From NCBI GenBank assembly GCA_963706325.1, contig CAVPLT010000001.1:992001-1056000 (forward strand): a stretch of DNA of 64,000 bases, read 5' to 3'. Shown here piece by piece: positions 62,119 through 64,000 of this stretch. The translations under genes were made by a program, and so were the position numbers. Positions within the stretch are counted from its first letter, which is position 1; every line of letters starts with the position of its first letter. Origin of the DNA: an uncultured Nitrospiraceae bacterium. Lineage in GTDB: Bacteria; Nitrospirota; Nitrospiria; Nitrospirales; Nitrospiraceae. The notes under the pieces were generated by a model. It was not told the DNA's origin. It saw nothing but the letters and a program-made list of their open reading frames with translations, and ran no database searches.

Positions 62119-63195
62119 GTGCGGAGGGTTGTAGTGCGTGAACGACGGTGGGAAACCTCGGACCGGCTGACCTTTCAAGACGTCGTGGGCGTGGGCGAAC
62201 GACTTGGGGCGCTTGGGCTGAAGCCGGCGCCTCCTGCCAAAGACGTCATCTGCTATGTGGAAGATTGGACCGTCGACTCCCTTGACGCGTTTGATCTACT
62301 GGACCGTTGGGCCACGGAAGATGTCACGCTGATCCATGTCCGCGAAGCGTGGCAGGGTGATTTTTTTCTGCTGGCTGGCGGATACCATACGGTCTATCAG
62401 CAGTATCAGGACGTCGGCACCTACTGCTCCATCAGTCATCCTTGGCGCACCACCGGCCCGCTGCGGTTTCACCATCCGACCAGCATGCTGTGGCTGGGGT
62501 TCCGGCACAACCATGCGTTTATCCGCGTGCGCCTGCAGACACGGGAAGTCGTGACGCCGGGGGAAACGCGCGAGGACGCGCGGCGTACCGACTGGGTCGA
62601 TGAACGCCGGACCATATTTCTGGGTGCGATCGCCACGTTGGACCTTCCGGTTGAGACCTCGGTGGAGAAGGGCGGTCTGGTGCTGACACCAGCCGACCCC
62701 GCGACCCCGTTTTTTTGCTCCTGGCCGGATGCCTTCGGACCCTGTCAGTTCGAATACAATTCTTCAGATGCCTACGAATTTCTTGTGCCGGGGAGCAAAT
62801 TGGCTGCGACTTACGCGCCTGAAGCAGCCGGCGTGCGGGCGTATCTGACGGGATTTTCGGTGGAGACACTCGAGAAGTTTGCTGCCATTCAGCCCGGCGC
62901 GCGTTCCGTGTATCGCTGCTCCGTGCATTGCGCGTTGGGAGAGTTGCCCGAGATACTCGCGGCAATTAAGCCGCAGGGACGCTTGTACAGCACACTATGT
63001 GAATTCAATACCGAGGAACTGCTGCCGGACGAGGAGGACGCCTCGGCCATCATCGGCATTGTCGGCAGTGCCGGAAGCTTTCAACTCGAAATGCGGTTGA
63101 ACCGTGCCCCGCTGCCCGAAGCGCAAATGGCCGCATGGCTGGAACGCCTGTTGGGGTATGCGGTCGTGTATGCTCCGCTCCCCCCCTTCGTCTGA
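62119..63195 (+). CDS. Hypothetical protein
   Basis: 358-aa ORF with typical codon usage; no recognised motif. Confidence 0.75.
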   Translation: MRRVVVRERRWETSDRLTFQDVVGVGERLGALGLKPAPPAKDVICYVEDWTVDSLDAFDLLDRWATEDVTLIHVREAWQGDFFLLAGGYHTVYQQYQDVGTYCSISHPWRTTGPLRFHHPTSMLWLGFRHNHAFIRVRLQTREVVTPGETREDARRTDWVDERRTIFLGAIATLDLPVETSVEKGGLVLTPADPATPFFCSWPDAFGPCQFEYNSSDAYEFLVPGSKLAATYAPEAAGVRAYLTGFSVETLEKFAAIQPGARSVYRCSVHCALGELPEILAAIKPQGRLYSTLCEFNTEELLPDEEDASAIIGIVGSAGSFQLEMRLNRAPLPEAQMAAWLERLLGYAVVYAPLPPFV

Positions 63196-63320
63196 CAGGA
63201 GCTGAAAATGGCTCCCGGCGGCGTTCTTGCTTCGTTCGAGGACTCGACGTACTACGTCAGAGTACGCCCTCGCCCTCTCATTCGCTGCGGCCTGGCCGGA
63301 AAACCGTTTTGAGCATCCTG
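63196..63320 (+). repeat. Family-A element at a stop codon
   Basis: TGA|CAGGAGCTGAAAATGG...GTTCTT...ACGTACT..AGTACGCC...TGCGGCC...CCGTTTTGAGCATCCTG. Confidence 0.85.
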
Positions 63321-63327
63321 TGCTGTT

Positions 63328-63454
63328 AGCGGCGGCTGAAAGCGATCCCCAGCTTCGTTCTCGGGTCGAACTCATCCTCAACGTACCCCAAGGGTACGTC
63401 TCCGGTGAGTTCTCTCCTGCGGCCTCGTTGGATGACCATTTTGGGCCGCCGGCT
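63328..63454 (+). repeat. Second tandem family-A element
   Basis: GGCGGCTGAAA...GTTCTC...TCAACGTACCC CAA GGGTACGTCTC...TGCGGCCTCG...TTTTGGGCCGCC. Confidence 0.8.
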
Positions 63455-63568
63455 GTCATTGATGCTGTGCAGGCTCGTGACTTGCCAATGAACTGAAGCA
63501 CTCTTCGACTCTCGCGGCCAATTCCTCTCTTCGTTTGACAATCGCGCGCTTCTCCTGAAATCTAGCCC

Positions 63569-64000
63569 ATGGTCTCGATGCAACGGTTCCAGTCGGTCCT
63601 GGGGAAGCCCTACCTTCCGCCGCTGTTTTTCTTTAGCGGAGTCACGTACGACACGGTGACCCTGACCCGCATCGACCGGTTGCAGGATAATCTACTGCTG
63701 CTGCTCTACCTCGTCATGCTGGGCTTCCTCATTGTCCTGACTGGTCGGCTAGGGACGCATGAAGCCACGGTCGAGGATCTTCCACCGGATGCGCCGAGGC
63801 TCATGAAATGGGTCGTCCAAGCCAAGCCCTATGCCCCCATGGCCATTCAGTTTTTGCTGGGTGGCCTGTTCAGCGCCTATACGATTTTCTATTCAAAAAG
63901 CGCCACCCTCACCGGCACCGCAGTATTTTTCTGCCTCTTGGTCGGATTCTTGGTCGCCAACGAATTTCTGCGCGATAGACTCTCGAACATTCAGTTGCTG
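63569..64000 (+). CDS. Membrane protein, probably DUF2914-type (partial)
   Basis: MVSMQRFQ..FFFSGVTYDTVTLTRID...QFLLGGLFSAYTIFYSKS; open to the window end. Confidence 0.65.
   Translation, partial: MVSMQRFQSVLGKPYLPPLFFFSGVTYDTVTLTRIDRLQDNLLLLLYLVMLGFLIVLTGRLGTHEATVEDLPPDAPRLMKWVVQAKPYAPMAIQFLLGGLFSAYTIFYSKSATLTGTAVFFCLLVGFLVANEFLRDRLSNIQLL

Noticed and set aside
63196..63454. Tandem repeats as a CRISPR array
   Set aside because: Two long divergent hairpin elements with no repeat-spacer periodicity and no cas genes.
1..64000. tRNA or rRNA genes
   Set aside because: No cloverleaf or rRNA-like sequence recognised by eye; tRNAscan-SE would confirm.

Overview
A roughly 60% GC bacterial chromosome segment. 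Gene content and repeat style suggest Nitrospira (inference). From left to right it holds: uvrC (partial), a dapF-like gene with Ser at both catalytic Cys positions, small housekeeping genes, a complete nuoA-N complex I operon (fused nuoCD) headed by an NDUFAF7/MidA-like methyltransferase, and secA. Next is a ~19 kb metal and envelope region: two His/Cys-rich leader ORFs ending in the RAPP ribosome-arrest motif, TonB, a BNR-type protein, TlpA, two TonB-dependent receptors, DsbA-like, CopA, DegP and NikR with its operator. It continues with a His-less sensor kinase, isoprenoid/hopanoid genes, a decayed type III R-M locus with a RelE/ParE toxin-antitoxin pair, and a cluster of unknown genes including a C4-H-C3 PHD-finger-like protein. 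The strongest unexplained signals are: (1) a modular family of structured intergenic elements, with 10 copies of a long hairpin element of which 7 start exactly at a stop codon in one orientation, plus two other covarying hairpin modules that nest in each other; (2) paired CxWxC/RAPP leader peptides ahead of a TonB system; (3) a candidate four-way-junction RNA ahead of the NikR-linked receptor; (4) a bacterial PHD-like finger. All calls were made by eye from the sequence; no searches were run.
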